Shown here in pieces: positions 49,125 to 59,000 of a stretch of 64,000 nucleotides of DNA. This DNA is from Polyangiaceae bacterium (GTDB lineage: Bacteria > Myxococcota_A > Polyangia > Polyangiales > Polyangiaceae): NCBI GenBank assembly GCA_033763455.1, contig JANRKO010000039.1:96001-160000 (forward strand), given 5' to 3'. Positions within the stretch are counted from its first letter, which is position 1, and every line of letters begins with the position of its first letter. The notes beneath the pieces were generated by a model that saw only the letters and a program-made list of their open reading frames with translations, was not told where the DNA came from and searched no databases. The translations under genes and the position numbers were made by a program.

Positions 49125-50908
49125 GGTTGAGCACCTTCGCTGGTGAGAAAACGGAAGCCTTCGCTTGTCACAATATCGAGAGCAAGTGGCATTAATCTGT
49201 GCCCTCCAGCAGTGAACTTATCGGTGAGTTGCCTCAAGGGAACGTCTGCCGGGGCACTGAGCGCCGAGCCCGTTCCATAGTGATAGAGGGCGCGCACCAG
49301 GCATTCGGTCGTCGCAAGATTGGCGGCCAACGCTTGCCCAAGCCCTCCGGGGCCGTCGAACGCGACACCGTCGAGAGTGCCGGTAGCATCTACGGGCTTA
49401 CCACTTTCTTCGGTGCGATAAGCGCCGATAGCATCGAAGTTTTCCAGGCCAAAACCAAGCGGATCCATCAGCTGGTGGCAACCTGCGCATGCGGGCATAG
49501 TTGCGTGCTGCAGCAGCTTTTCGCGGTGCGACAAGACTACGCCGGGCGGCGCGTCAGGAAGCTTGGTGTCAACGTTGACTGGAGGCGGCGGAATTGTCTG
49601 GCAAAGGAGCTTTTCTCTGATGAACTTGCCGCGCGTGGTCGGGGAAGATTGAACCTGGTTGGCGTAGAGCGAAAGGAAAACACCCGAGGCCAAAAGGCCT
49701 GCCCGCGGGCTATCGGCTGGGGCATCCATCTTTACCAGCGCATCTGAGAGCCCGTCCGTTGGCAATCCGTACAGCTTTGCCAAGTCCAGATTCACGTAGC
49801 GCGTTCGAGTGGTAAGAAGATCCAGCGCACTCGCAGCCGGATCCTGCATGGTCCCTTCAAAGAGAGCTCTGACCTCAGCTCCCATGGCAGACGCTAAGCT
49901 GGGCGTAAAGTCCGGAAATAGCGCGGTATCTTTGGCAATGCTCGAAACGCGATCGAGGTCATAGTAATCGGAAGCAAAGCCGCCCACAGTAGCTTTTCCT
50001 TGTGGACTATTGAGCATCCGCATCGCCTCAGCTCGCACTCCATCCACTGTTGTCAGCGTGCCGGCTTCGGCTGCTTTCAGTAAAGCATCGTCAGGCGGCG
50101 CGCCCCAAAGGAAGAAGGATAGCCGGCTAGCGACTTCCAAGTCTGTGGCCTGAAACAGTCCAGCCTGCCCGTTCACCGGCACGCCAAGTTCTGGGCGGTA
50201 AAGAAAACTGAGCGACTGAAGCAGCGCAGAGGCCGACCACCGCGGGCCTGCATAAGGATCGGTAAGCGCTTGGGCCGAAGCTTCTGCCACCCCTACGTAA
50301 CGCAGCACTTCCTCTGGAGCGAGCGTGCGCCGAAACACCAGGCGCCCAAAACGCTGCACGAAATCCCCCGTACACGCATCGTTGGTTACCGTTTTGGGTT
50401 CACAACCCACAAATGCTGAGCGTTTTGCGACATCGCCAAACACTTGGTCCAAAGCGTCATCCACCGCCTCTTGATACTGTTCGACGCCTCTAAGCGAAGT
50501 GACCACGGTGCGGGCGCCAACTACTGCCAACCCGTTCGCGCGCCCATCGGCTTGAACCGGCTTGATGTTGACCGAACCGAGCAGCGCTCGGAGTGAATTG
50601 TTGAATTGTTCCGTTGTTAACCGCCGGAAAGCCTGCGGACTGGCGGGAAACGCGACAGCCGTGGAAACGCCAGGCCCAGGTGGGGTGCCGGGAAGAGGCG
50701 TTCCCGTGGCTCCGCTCGTCGGTGTTGCCGCTGAGCCGCCGGGCATTGTGGTGACATCGACGGTAGTGGCTGGACCTGGCGTGCCCTGAGCTCGACCCGA
50801 CGAAGGACCGCCGCCAGCAACTGCCGTGCAACCCATACTAAGCGGTAGACCTACGGCGACAGCGAACTTTTGGCACCAATGCGCGCGACGTTGAGCAAAC
50901 TTCGGCAT
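49121..50908 (-). CDS. DUF1592/DUF1588 domain lipoprotein with CxxCH (copy 3)
   Basis: Lipobox SMGC, RRLTTEQFNNS, ASRLSFFLW..PPD, SPTTRG and CAGCHQLMDPLGFGLE; ATGA overlap with the DUF1552 gene. Confidence 0.9.
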   Translation of the reverse strand: MPKFAQRRAHWCQKFAVAVGLPLSMGCTAVAGGGPSSGRAQGTPGPATTVDVTTMPGGSAATPTSGATGTPLPGTPPGPGVSTAVAFPASPQAFRRLTTEQFNNSLRALLGSVNIKPVQADGRANGLAVVGARTVVTSLRGVEQYQEAVDDALDQVFGDVAKRSAFVGCEPKTVTNDACTGDFVQRFGRLVFRRTLAPEEVLRYVGVAEASAQALTDPYAGPRWSASALLQSLSFLYRPELGVPVNGQAGLFQATDLEVASRLSFFLWGAPPDDALLKAAEAGTLTTVDGVRAEAMRMLNSPQGKATVGGFASDYYDLDRVSSIAKDTALFPDFTPSLASAMGAEVRALFEGTMQDPAASALDLLTTRTRYVNLDLAKLYGLPTDGLSDALVKMDAPADSPRAGLLASGVFLSLYANQVQSSPTTRGKFIREKLLCQTIPPPPVNVDTKLPDAPPGVVLSHREKLLQHATMPACAGCHQLMDPLGFGLENFDAIGAYRTEESGKPVDATGTLDGVAFDGPGGLGQALAANLATTECLVRALYHYGTGSALSAPADVPLRQLTDKFTAGGHRLMPLALDIVTSEGFRFLTSEGAQP

Positions 50909-50953
50909 AACGGTTTCAGGTCCAGGTAAGAGGGCGAGATTTCCCTCTTTGGC

Positions 50954-50986
50954 TGGTTAGTCGCCGACGGCGTACGATCGGCTACG
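50954..50986 (-). promoter_or_regulatory. Putative ECF promoter, copy upstream of the DUF1592 gene
   Basis: Plus strand TGGTTAGTCGCC-N11-ATCGGCTACG. Confidence 0.8.
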
Positions 50987-51026
50987 CGCGAAACCGAAAA
51001 AACAATCGAGCACGGGATTTGGGCGC

Positions 51027-52217
51027 TCAGGGTTTTCTTTCCTCCGAAAGTCGTAACAACAGCTTCTGAGCTTGCGGTGCAAATGAGCCGTGGGGGTGCA
51101 ACGACAAGTAGCGATTCAGCAATTGTCGTGCGTTTTCTTGTGAGCTGTGTTGCACAGCGAGGCTCGCGGCGGCAAAGCGCGCCATCTCAGCTTGAGACGT
51201 GCCAGGATATTGCGAAGCTACCTCCTGATAACGTCGGATCCCTTCGGAGAAGCGACCTTGCGCCACCAGATCTTCGGCGGAACGAAGGGCTTCCCCCGCC
51301 TTTACCCGGACATCTGGCGTTTTCGGGGCAGATAACACTTCTGTGGCCTTCGATTGTGGTTCGTTAGCAACTCCGGGCGTTGGCGTGGACGGCGCCTCTG
51401 ACCCATGCGGCGGCGCTCCTGTGGAAGACGCGGCTGGTGCGGACAGCACCGCTTTGGGTGGCTGACTTGCACCGGCGCTGCTCCAACCGTCCCCGGCTCT
51501 GAGCGTTACTTTTACGCCGCCCGCACGCGGCAGCACCTCCACAACACCCTCTGAAACCTTTACGGAGCTCCAATTGGCTTCTCGCCGCACGGTGAAATGA
51601 GTGCCCACCACACGGATTTGAGCCTCTTTGGTCCACACCGAAAAGCCCTCCCCGCCCTTTAAGTGTCGCACGGAGAGCGCAACCTTCCCCGCTACCAGCT
51701 GGAGCGTACGGCCCCCCGAGGAGAGCCGCGAGCCTGGCTCAGCCGTTACCCTGGAACCATCTTGCAACTCAAGCTCCGCCGGCACTTCACCACCCACTTC
51801 GAGCTCATTGCCTGGCAGCACAACACCAGCAACAGCCCGACCGCCGCTCGAAACCTGCCCAGACATCACGCGAGCGAAGCCTTCGCCAGTCTCGGCAACT
51901 TGCGCGGAGTCACGCAGCAAAAACACTAAAAATGCCCCGGCGGCTGCTAGAGCGAAGGCACCCCCGGCCCAGGCCAAAGGACGGTAACCCCGACTCACTC
52001 GGATCCCGCTCGGCCGGGCTTCTGCTAACGCTGCTCGCACCTCTGCAAGTTGCTTCGCCTCAGGCACAGGGGTGGCTTCGAACTCCGCGACACGATCGAG
52101 CACGGTTTCGAGCGCGCGCAGGTTTTGAGCGGATGTAGGATCCCCTGCGGCACGGCCGAGCTCTTCCGAACGCGCCTTTCGGACTCCTTCCCAACTCTGG
52201 CCTTTAGGTGTTTTCAT
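51027..52217 (-). CDS. FecR-domain anti-sigma-like membrane protein with a C-terminal TPR
   Basis: Single TM helix, LQDGSRV, IRVVGTHFTV, VKVSEGVVEV and YLSLHPHGSFA. Confidence 0.85.
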   Translation of the reverse strand: MKTPKGQSWEGVRKARSEELGRAAGDPTSAQNLRALETVLDRVAEFEATPVPEAKQLAEVRAALAEARPSGIRVSRGYRPLAWAGGAFALAAAGAFLVFLLRDSAQVAETGEGFARVMSGQVSSGGRAVAGVVLPGNELEVGGEVPAELELQDGSRVTAEPGSRLSSGGRTLQLVAGKVALSVRHLKGGEGFSVWTKEAQIRVVGTHFTVRREANWSSVKVSEGVVEVLPRAGGVKVTLRAGDGWSSAGASQPPKAVLSAPAASSTGAPPHGSEAPSTPTPGVANEPQSKATEVLSAPKTPDVRVKAGEALRSAEDLVAQGRFSEGIRRYQEVASQYPGTSQAEMARFAAASLAVQHSSQENARQLLNRYLSLHPHGSFAPQAQKLLLRLSEERKP

Positions 52218-52259
52218 AGGATCCCGAGCCCAACGTGGGCGGAATTTCCCTCTTTGGCA

Positions 52260-52292
52260 TGGTTAGTCGCCAGCGCCACGATATCGGCTACG
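52260..52292 (-). promoter_or_regulatory. Putative ECF promoter, copy upstream of the FecR-like gene
   Basis: Same two boxes with the same 11-nt spacer. Confidence 0.8.
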
Positions 52293-52346
52293 CCCTCAGC
52301 CGAAAAATCTCCAAAGCCGCGATCTCGCGTCGGTTCTCGCTTCTGT

Positions 52347-52973
52347 TCAGAGCTCATCGGCATTCACCTCGCGCATCACCTGAGAAACCACGTCGCTGTC
52401 CCTATCCCCGAGCTCCTGCTTGAGTTGGCTGAGCACTTTGCGACGTGCAAAATAGAGACGGGCGCGCGTGGCGGCCTTGCTGGCACCCATCATCCTGGCC
52501 ACTTCTTCCACGGCGTGCCCATAGAGCACCCGCAACACGAAAGCTGTGCACTGTTCCGGAGAGAGGGTATCCAAGATGGAACGGACAATATTCAGCATAT
52601 CGCGCGCTTCGAGCGTCGCTCCAGGCTCCAAGAAGTTCGCCTCTTCCGTCAGACGCTGATGCGCCATCTCTGCACGCTGGCGCCGAGTTTTTCGACGCAG
52701 ATGATCTTTCACCACATTGGCACAGACCCCCCGCACCCAGGTACTCGGCTGAGATTCTTGTGCAAAATGAGCGAGCCCGCGCGTGACGCGGATCATGGCC
52801 TGTTGTTGCAGCTCTTCCAAATCGTCAATCCGCCCAAACGTTAGCTGAATCAATGTTGCACGAATAAACGAGTAATAGTGCAGTAAGAACCGCTCCTGCG
52901 CCTGGAGATCACCTGCTATGGCCTGAGCGGCGAGGCGCGGCTCAATCTCGGAGGTTTTTTCTGGTTGAGTCAT
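52347..52973 (-). CDS. ECF sigma-70 factor
   Basis: Region 2 (DDLEELQQQ..STWVRGVCANVVKDHLRR) and region 4 (LSPEQCTAFVLR..EEVARMMG..TRARLYFARRK). Confidence 0.9.
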   Translation of the reverse strand: MTQPEKTSEIEPRLAAQAIAGDLQAQERFLLHYYSFIRATLIQLTFGRIDDLEELQQQAMIRVTRGLAHFAQESQPSTWVRGVCANVVKDHLRRKTRRQRAEMAHQRLTEEANFLEPGATLEARDMLNIVRSILDTLSPEQCTAFVLRVLYGHAVEEVARMMGASKAATRARLYFARRKVLSQLKQELGDRDSDVVSQVMREVNADEL

Positions 52974-52988
52974 GCGCACGCTGAGCCC

Positions 52989-54035
52989 TTACAGGTTCAT
53001 GACCCCACCAAGTGCTAAGCGGAGGCGCAGGTGCCCGGTGTCGAGCGCCGTTTCCCGAGCAACCATAACTTTTCCCGCCACTGGGAGTATTTCGACGCCA
53101 GCCTCCCAGCTCAAAGAAAAACGCGGGGACAACCGGTGCTGGTTCCAAAGGCTTGCCCGAAAGAAAGGCGCGAACGTGTTCGCTAAATGGCGCGCATTAC
53201 CCGCCCCATTCACCGCCAACGAGCTCTTTACCCAAGTGGCGCCCGCCTGCCCGCCCCAAAAAATGCTCCAGGCCGCTCCATCCGACAGACGGCCAGGACG
53301 AACGTCTACTCCAAGCCGAGCCGTCTGATTCTCGTACACGCCAAGAGGCGTCGAACGGGAGCTTATCCGCCCCACTTCCAAAACGCCACCCACAAAGTGA
53401 CTCTGCCAGCCGTAACCTGAAACCGCTCCAACGTCCAATTCTAAAATAGCATCTAATGCGGTCAATCCAGCCACATTTGCCATAATTAGGAAGCGCTCAG
53501 GCTCGACTGGAGCACGCTCAGCCTTTTGATTGGTTTGGGCCTTCTGCTCAACGGGCTTGCGCAGCTCTGATGGTGGAGCTTGAGGTGTCGCAGTTGGCAA
53601 GTTACTCGCCGCCGCAGCGATTTCCCCGCGCACCAAGAGGGCTAGATACCTGCCAGCGTCGTCCACCTTGGAGGGCAATTTCTCGGACGTTCGCGCCGCG
53701 CTGTTGTCCGCACGGCGCAGGTCGAAAATATCGATATCAAGATCGATCCCCCCAGGAGCAACATTGAGAAAAACGACCAAATCCGCTGAATGCGCACGTC
53801 GGATCTCAGCGAGCTCTCGCTGGATATCGCGGCGCAGAGGCCGTGCGGTAGCATCAAAATCGCGCAGGTAGATCTGAATAGCTTCTCCAGCCGTTGCGAA
53901 CTTATCGCCGTCGAAGCCGGCTCCGAACAGCACAAGCGCGCGGACTCCCTCTGACTTCGCCGCCACCGAGGGCGACCAGAGCCACGCGGAAACCAAAAGA
54001 CATAGGCTCAGGCCGACGGCGCGTAGGCGGCTCAT
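52989..54035 (-). CDS. Secreted protein with a possible C-terminal beta-barrel
   Basis: Signal peptide MSRLRAVGLSLCLLVSAWLWSPSVAA, Pro-rich linker and amphipathic beta strands; lies between the lectin and sigma genes. Confidence 0.6.
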   Translation of the reverse strand: MSRLRAVGLSLCLLVSAWLWSPSVAAKSEGVRALVLFGAGFDGDKFATAGEAIQIYLRDFDATARPLRRDIQRELAEIRRAHSADLVVFLNVAPGGIDLDIDIFDLRRADNSAARTSEKLPSKVDDAGRYLALLVRGEIAAAASNLPTATPQAPPSELRKPVEQKAQTNQKAERAPVEPERFLIMANVAGLTALDAILELDVGAVSGYGWQSHFVGGVLEVGRISSRSTPLGVYENQTARLGVDVRPGRLSDGAAWSIFWGGQAGATWVKSSLAVNGAGNARHLANTFAPFFRASLWNQHRLSPRFSLSWEAGVEILPVAGKVMVARETALDTGHLRLRLALGGVMNL

Positions 54036-54652
54036 AGCTCGGCAGCCCACACTTCCACCTCGGAAAAGCTGAGCGTGTGGCGTTCTTGGCTAGTGTCCGT
54101 ATCGTTTGCAAGAGCACACAGAGACGCGTCGACCTGAGGCTGATCCAAGCGGCGTTCGACGCGAATCACACTCCCCTTCACCAAAGCGGGAGCCTCTCGA
54201 AAGAGGTCGATTTCAAAACGCTCGGGGCCACACAGAACATTCGCAGGATTGAGCAATTTCCCACTGTTCGCTTGGTAGTCGAAGACCTTGGCCCCTGAAG
54301 GCCCCTCCAACACTACTACGTTGAGGTCCCGAGCGCGGCCTTGGCAACAATCCTTACGGTTCCAGAGCACTACGCGCCGAATCAACTCGGGACGCGCAAG
54401 GGCGACCTCCCACCATTCAAAAACCTCGCTGTCGCCCGTGGTTGCGCTAAAGGTTGCAGCATTGCCGTCTATCGCCAGCCGAGCATCAAAAGCATTTGAA
54501 CTCTGCGAAGCGACACCACTTCGGGCCACCTCGACGAGCGGCACATCCTCGAGTGCATGCACGGTTTGCGTACACCCGACCGCACCCAAACAAAGTGGCA
54601 GCATCCATCGAACGCCTAGCCGAACCCCTTCAGCCGACCAAGCGTGAACCAT
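54032..54652 (-). CDS. Lipoprotein with an F-type lectin / F5/8-C galactose-binding-like domain
   Basis: Lipobox AVGC, ASQSS..A.LAIDG, WWEVAL, LWNRKDCCQGR and LSFSEVEVW. Confidence 0.75.
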   Translation of the reverse strand: MVHAWSAEGVRLGVRWMLPLCLGAVGCTQTVHALEDVPLVEVARSGVASQSSNAFDARLAIDGNAATFSATTGDSEVFEWWEVALARPELIRRVVLWNRKDCCQGRARDLNVVVLEGPSGAKVFDYQANSGKLLNPANVLCGPERFEIDLFREAPALVKGSVIRVERRLDQPQVDASLCALANDTDTSQERHTLSFSEVEVWAAEL

Positions 54653-54743
54653 CGCTTCATGAGTTTAGCGGCTCGTTGGGTGCACGCAACGCGAAGAGTT
54701 AGCGAAATCAAGCTCTTGCGCTTGATGCCACAGGCCCGCTCGT

Positions 54744-54776
54744 TGGTTAGTCGCCTGGGTCCGCAGATCGGCTACG
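54744..54776 (-). promoter_or_regulatory. Putative ECF promoter, copy upstream of the lectin-barrel-sigma operon
   Basis: Same two boxes with the same 11-nt spacer. Confidence 0.8.
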
Positions 54777-54874
54777 GTCGAAATGACGATTTGTTAACTT
54801 TAGCGCCCGGCACAGCGAATGGACCTTCTTAGTGGGCTGAATCGCCCGGGCCATCGACGAGCGAACCCCGCCGC

Positions 54875-55612
54875 TCACGTCTCGAACGGCAGCCGTACGG
54901 TGGCGACCGCGCCGCCTTCCGGATGATTCTTGAGCTCCAGCTTTCCGCCGTAGGATTCGACAATTCCACGGCTCACGTAGAGGCCAAGGCCAGCTGCGCC
55001 CTGGGTTTTCCGTGTCGTAAAGAAGGCATCAAACAGGCGTGGTTGCACCTCTTCGCTCAAGCCCGGGCCGTTGTCACACACTTCCAGGTAAATCCAATTC
55101 TTGTCCTGAAACGTCCGCAAGATAACGGTGTTGTCGTCTCGCTTACGTCCGAGGGATTCGCAGGCTTGTGCGGAATTCAACAACAGATTAAGCGTTACCT
55201 GGGCGAGGTGCGCTTCGCAGATCTGAATCGGCCGTGTCTCCAACAATTCGTGCACAATCCGACATACGGGCTGCACCTGGCGCGCGGCTAACCTCACGGT
55301 GAGCAGCACCACATCGTTGATTTGAAGAGCACGCGGCGCTTGACTCGGCGAAAGTACCAAACTGCGAAAATCTCGAAGCGCTCGCGAAACTCTACCAGTA
55401 GCCTGCAAAGCTTCTTGAGCGTGCGGCAAGAGTTCCGCCAGAACAGGATTGGCCGGGGCGAGCTCGCGCATCCGCGCGACCAGGTGATCCAGGCTGTCTG
55501 TCCCGGGCGTCAACTGGTCGGTAGCTTCCACCACGAAGCCTTCCCCTAAAAGGCCCACCTTGGTGATCTGATCGGCGCGCATTCTGCGAGAAAAAGTAGG
55601 GTCTTTGAGCAC
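54875..55612 (-). CDS. Histidine-kinase-like protein (HATPase intact, H-box His missing)
   Basis: QVTLNLLLNS, DNGPG, LFDAFFTT and GLGL; AAGGAG RBS before GTG 55612. Confidence 0.75.
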   Translation of the reverse strand: MLKDPTFSRRMRADQITKVGLLGEGFVVEATDQLTPGTDSLDHLVARMRELAPANPVLAELLPHAQEALQATGRVSRALRDFRSLVLSPSQAPRALQINDVVLLTVRLAARQVQPVCRIVHELLETRPIQICEAHLAQVTLNLLLNSAQACESLGRKRDDNTVILRTFQDKNWIYLEVCDNGPGLSEEVQPRLFDAFFTTRKTQGAAGLGLYVSRGIVESYGGKLELKNHPEGGAVATVRLPFET

Positions 55613-56021
55613 GGATTCTCCTTCCGCAGCCCAATACCACAGCGGTTGCAGCATGTCGCGCCGCAACCTTGCCTGCACCAGGCTAAAGCCAACCCTACAG
55701 CACTTCCGCCGCTGACACACGCCGGAAACCAAACCTCACCCATAGCGGCACTCGCGACAAGACGATCCACATCTTGGCCTTGGCAATGCGCGCCAGGAGT
55801 TAACGAGCGTAGGGCGTGAGTGTTTAGGCCGCATCTTATCGCAACTGCGCAGCGCAGGCACGACGCCTAATCAGCGGACAGCCACTGGCTAACTTGCACA
55901 CTCTGGTTTCACCTGCGGGAACACTCGCCCGAGCTAGTTAAAGTGGAAGCAAGCGGAGCTTTTCAACCAGCTCTCGGGGACTCACGAAAGTCACGGAAAG
56001 TGCATCCGTCCGCATCGAATA

Positions 56022-59000
56022 TCAAACGGCCTCCTCAGGGACCTCGGGAACACTGGGCGAGACGGGTTCCGGCAAGGGTTCCGGCAAGGGTTCCGGCAAG
56101 GGTGGCGTCAACAGCACCAGCCAACCCCAGCGCAGCCAACCGAGGAGACGCGAGGCCAACCAAAGCGACCACACGAGCATGAGTCCGCGCCACACCCAAA
56201 TCGAAGTTCCGACTACCATCGGCGTTGGGAGCGAAGCGGGCGACCGATCCGTGTACCAAACCAGGCGTGCCGCTGTGCTTCCTGCTCCCTCGACCTGCAT
56301 ATCCGGCACCACAACGAGCCCCGAATACACAGCTGTGCCGAGCGTTCCCAGCATCACCAGAGTCGCTATCACCAAACCCATAATAATGAGGCGACGCCAC
56401 CAGCGAGCACGGAGACCCACTCGTTCGAACCAAGCGAACGCGAAAAACCAAGCCGGAACAAGCACTGCCAGGGGGGCGGGAATTTGAGTCAGCCCGAGAG
56501 CGAGTCCCAACCATTCAAGACGACGGAGCCTTGAGCCTGGAAGGTGTCCCAGGACAAACGCGGCTAAGCACACAACGGCGAGATAACCCCAAAACAAGAC
56601 CGAAGGTCCGAAATCAGGACCCGCAAGGGCCAGCAACCACCGCTCCTGGTTGGGCTCTGCGATCACCACGACGTTGGCCGCGCCGCCTTCGAGCACTACC
56701 TCGGACGCTTGCCAGAACGTGCTGATCCCTTGCGGCTCTTGCCACGCGAGCCGCACCTCCGAAAGACCGGGACTGAGCCCGATCGCGACAGCTCCGCCCT
56801 CAAGGCGCGAAGCACGTGCTTCGCCAGCCACCGTAAGTTCCTGCAAGACCGCCCCCTTCGGCAATGTAACCCGCTGGGTTCCACCCGAACTTGAACGGAC
56901 CTGAAACGTCAGGCTGGAACGCGTGAGCCGTTCACCTGGAGTGATGGTCAGTGTTGCGCCTTCGATCGTTTTGGAGGTGCCCGGCACTGGCAACGGACGG
57001 GACACGGCAATCTCGATCTTTTCGCCCGCAAAGGGGCGCCATAGCGGCCGCCAACGCTGCTCAAGATCATGTCGCACAGGAGCCAAGCCGGTGGCCTTGC
57101 AGTGCCAAACAAAGCCACAGTCGAGACTCCACACTTCGGCGTAGTTCGTGCCGACGGCAGCGCTCAACAACAGGCGATCCCGCGGTTCGAGAGTGCTGGT
57201 CCAAACGAGCTCGGTTTGCCCACGAGGCAATGAAGCGAGCACGCTTCCGCCTTCCACCGGTACATCGGCAACAGTGACGCGTTCGCCGAGCAAAAGCGGG
57301 ACTCGCACCAAAACTGGCAAATCAGTGGACGTTTCGCGCACCAGACGAGACCGGACGACCCAGCTAACACCGAGCTCGACCTCGCGTGTGAGCGTGAGCC
57401 ACGGGGGCAAACTTGGAGTGCCTGCTTCACTTCCGGCCGCTGCACTCGTCCCCCGGTCGCGGCGTGTAAACGTGACGGCGCCTTCGAGTCGTCCATCCCG
57501 ACCCACCCCGCTCACATCCCACCCTGGTGCCGTGACGACCACGCGTTGCGGCTTGTCGGCAAGCTCCAGCGCTAGATCGTTTACAAGCAACGGACCCTTC
57601 ATCACGACCTGTTGTCGACCCGCAGGGATACGGGCGACCAGCACACCACCCTCGAGCGCCACAGGGGCATGCGCATCGCTCCCGAGCGCTACATTTTCCG
57701 GCACCCAAGCCACGACGGGGCCAGGCAACCTGAGCCGAGTTGCAGCGCCGGCATGCACATCGAGAACTATTGTGAGCGTCGAACCTGTGATCTTCACCTC
57801 GGCACGGGACACGGAAAGGCAGTTGGTGCAGGCGGGCGACAAAGTAAGGCGGCGCGCCAGCTCTGACAGCCGTTCATCGGTGACCTCAGCAGCTGGGCTT
57901 TTACTGCTTTCCGCATTCGCGTGCGTCGAGTAGCCGAGCACGGCGAGCATGGCCCCGATCAGGATCGATGTAATGAGGACCTGAGACGGCGATTCTGGTG
58001 GCGGAGTGCCCGGACGCTGCTCCGTATTCCCCGTTGAGCGGGACCTCCACCAGGCAAGCTTGGCCAAAAGGAGCCCAAACCCAACAACACCTAACACTCG
58101 CAGTACTTCGAGGAGTCTCACGCACCAGGGGGGCAAAAGCCAGAGCCTGAATTGATGCTCACGCGCAACGGGACCGTTCCAGATGAGGCTCTCGGTGTTC
58201 CAAGACCAATGCGGCACGCCGGGGCCCGTCTGCACCACAGCTTTTGGATCTTGGGCGAGGTTTTGGTACGAGTACCCAGCTTTGGATTTCGAAGCCCAAC
58301 GCGAGGAAACATTATCCGCTTGGCCCTTCGGAGGCTCCGGCGCTGCATCCGCGGCGACCTCCTTTTCGTCGGCTTGCTCGAGCGGTGCCACAGCTTGCGG
58401 AACCGGTGCGCGCTTCTCCCGGGCTCCCCCGAGAGTTGACCACGAACTCGCACCCTCGCTGCTATTTCCGCCGTTGACGAGCAGTGGATGCACGGCGGCG
58501 CGCAAATGGGTCGCCGCGAAGGGTACTGCCAGAACCACCCACGCACCTGCAACCACGAGCGATACCGCGATCAGCAGCGGACGCAAAAACGGGGGCACCG
58601 TTGCCTTGCGAAGCGCGACCACCACCAAGAGGGCAGCCCAAATCCAAAACGGGGCGTCACTCTCGCCATGAGCGGCGACAAGAGTCGTAAAGCCAAGCAG
58701 CGCGAGCCCACGGCCGCCGAGCTTGAGCGCAGCGAGAGTCACCAACAAAAGATAGAAAATTGCAAAAAGGTCCCAGCTTGAGAGCCAGGAGCTCGGTGCG
58801 GAATCCACGCCACTTGCCCCAAAAAAGAGCCAGCCTGGCGGGAGGTGCAAGGAAGCGCTCAGGCTTTGCACGTCTTCGCTCCAGCCGTTAGCCGGAAGCT
58901 TTATCGCACGCGGCAAGCGAAATTCTGCTTCGAGATTCAGAATCGAATTGCGCAATTCAACTCCGCCTGGCCCGGCTGACACGAGCGATGTCACGAGCTC

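Noticed and set aside
50939..54776. The three-copy motif as a REP or mobile repeat
   Set aside because: It is not palindromic, has a variable spacer of fixed length and always lies upstream of co-oriented genes, which fits a promoter better.
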